64,000 bases of DNA from Lama guanicoe (taxonomy: Eukaryota). The stretch spans positions 4,029,374-4,093,373 of the forward strand of contig MU054220.1 in the NCBI GenBank assembly GCA_013239625.1, given 5' to 3'. Shown piece by piece: positions 63,201 through 64,000 of the stretch; position 1 is the stretch's first letter, and the number at the start of each line of letters is the position of its first letter. A model generated the notes under the pieces. The model was not told where the DNA came from and made no database searches. It saw only the letters and a list, made by a program, of their open reading frames with translations. Made by a program: the position numbers and the translations under genes.

Positions 63201-64000
63201 GTATCAACAAAATGTTATATTTTAATGAAACAGTAGCACCTTTAAGTGTCTGAAACATGGTCACAGTCAGTCACCAGCACCACTTTTTCCCACCTGTTGG
63301 CTTCATTTCTGACTCATCCTTATTTTACAGAGGAGAAAATGAAAGTCCAGAACTTTCCAAGGTTTTTCCCAGGTCACACAGCTGGTGAAGAGAAGAGATT
63401 TGAACCCAGGATGCAGGCTGCTGCCCCATCCCTCCGTGAGGCAGATAATAGGGGCTGTGGGGAGAAAGAGGTCAAGGATTTAGCTTTTCCCTCTTGGCCT
63501 GGGCCTGGGTCACCCTGCTGGGCCCCTCGGGCCTCCTCCTGTCCTCCCCTCTGCTTCTTGGCCCAGGCAGAGCCCCAACATCCTGTGAAGGCGGCCAGTG
63601 TCAGCCCTGGAGCCACATGAAAGGTCCCACTCTGCTCTGGGAGCTGGCTTCACACTCAGGGACGCCTTCCCACAGAAATGTGTCAAAAAGTCAGTGTTAC
63701 CCTCATCAGCTCTGTGTGTTCCCACAGCTAGTCCCCACCTCTGCCCTGTCGGCTGCTGTCTGCTGCCCCCAGCCTGAGGTCTGTGGTGTCCCAGTGGCTC
63801 CAGAGGCGGGAACACCACTCCAAGATTTTCCACGGATTCATTTCCAGACACAAAGGGTTCACCTCCCCACCTCACAGCGCTGCCTTCGTGACATCCCTCT
63901 GCACTGGGGAGGAGCAGTCATGGGACCCCCTTCTCCTCACCTTTCAAATAGGCCGGAGGGAAGGAATCCCCCGTCAGAGAGTCAAGGTTGGGAAAATCAC

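Overview
Mammalian non-coding genomic DNA, not prokaryotic. It is most likely camelid (camel or alpaca), inferred from cetartiodactyl-type L1 3' ends, a tRNA-derived SINE head GGGGGAGGGTATAGCTCAGTG, and no ruminant Bov-tA/BovB, pig PRE1, whale CHR-2 or primate Alu seen. I found no protein-coding gene I can recognise. Roughly half the window is old transposon debris: L2, MIR, L1, MaLR/ERVL LTRs, a decayed ERVL provirus with readable PR/RT/IN motifs, and hAT and Tigger MITEs. Between the repeats are several repeat-free blocks rich in homeodomain, PBX-HOX and MEIS motifs, which suggests a regulatory desert or large intron near a developmental gene. The best finding is at 26550-28933. An old MLT1 solo LTR (TSD ACCCA) is split by a 5'-truncated L1 carrying a ~1.28 kb 3' transduction; a 12-bp TSD, ATTAAA and a poly(A) tail are all visible. 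The transduced DNA appears to hold a complete antisense terminal exon of an unidentified donor gene (splice acceptor, CpG-containing reading frame, stop, AATAAA). Repeat family names come from recalled consensus sequences, and most repeat boundaries are approximate unless a TSD is given. There are five N gaps of 136-182 bp.
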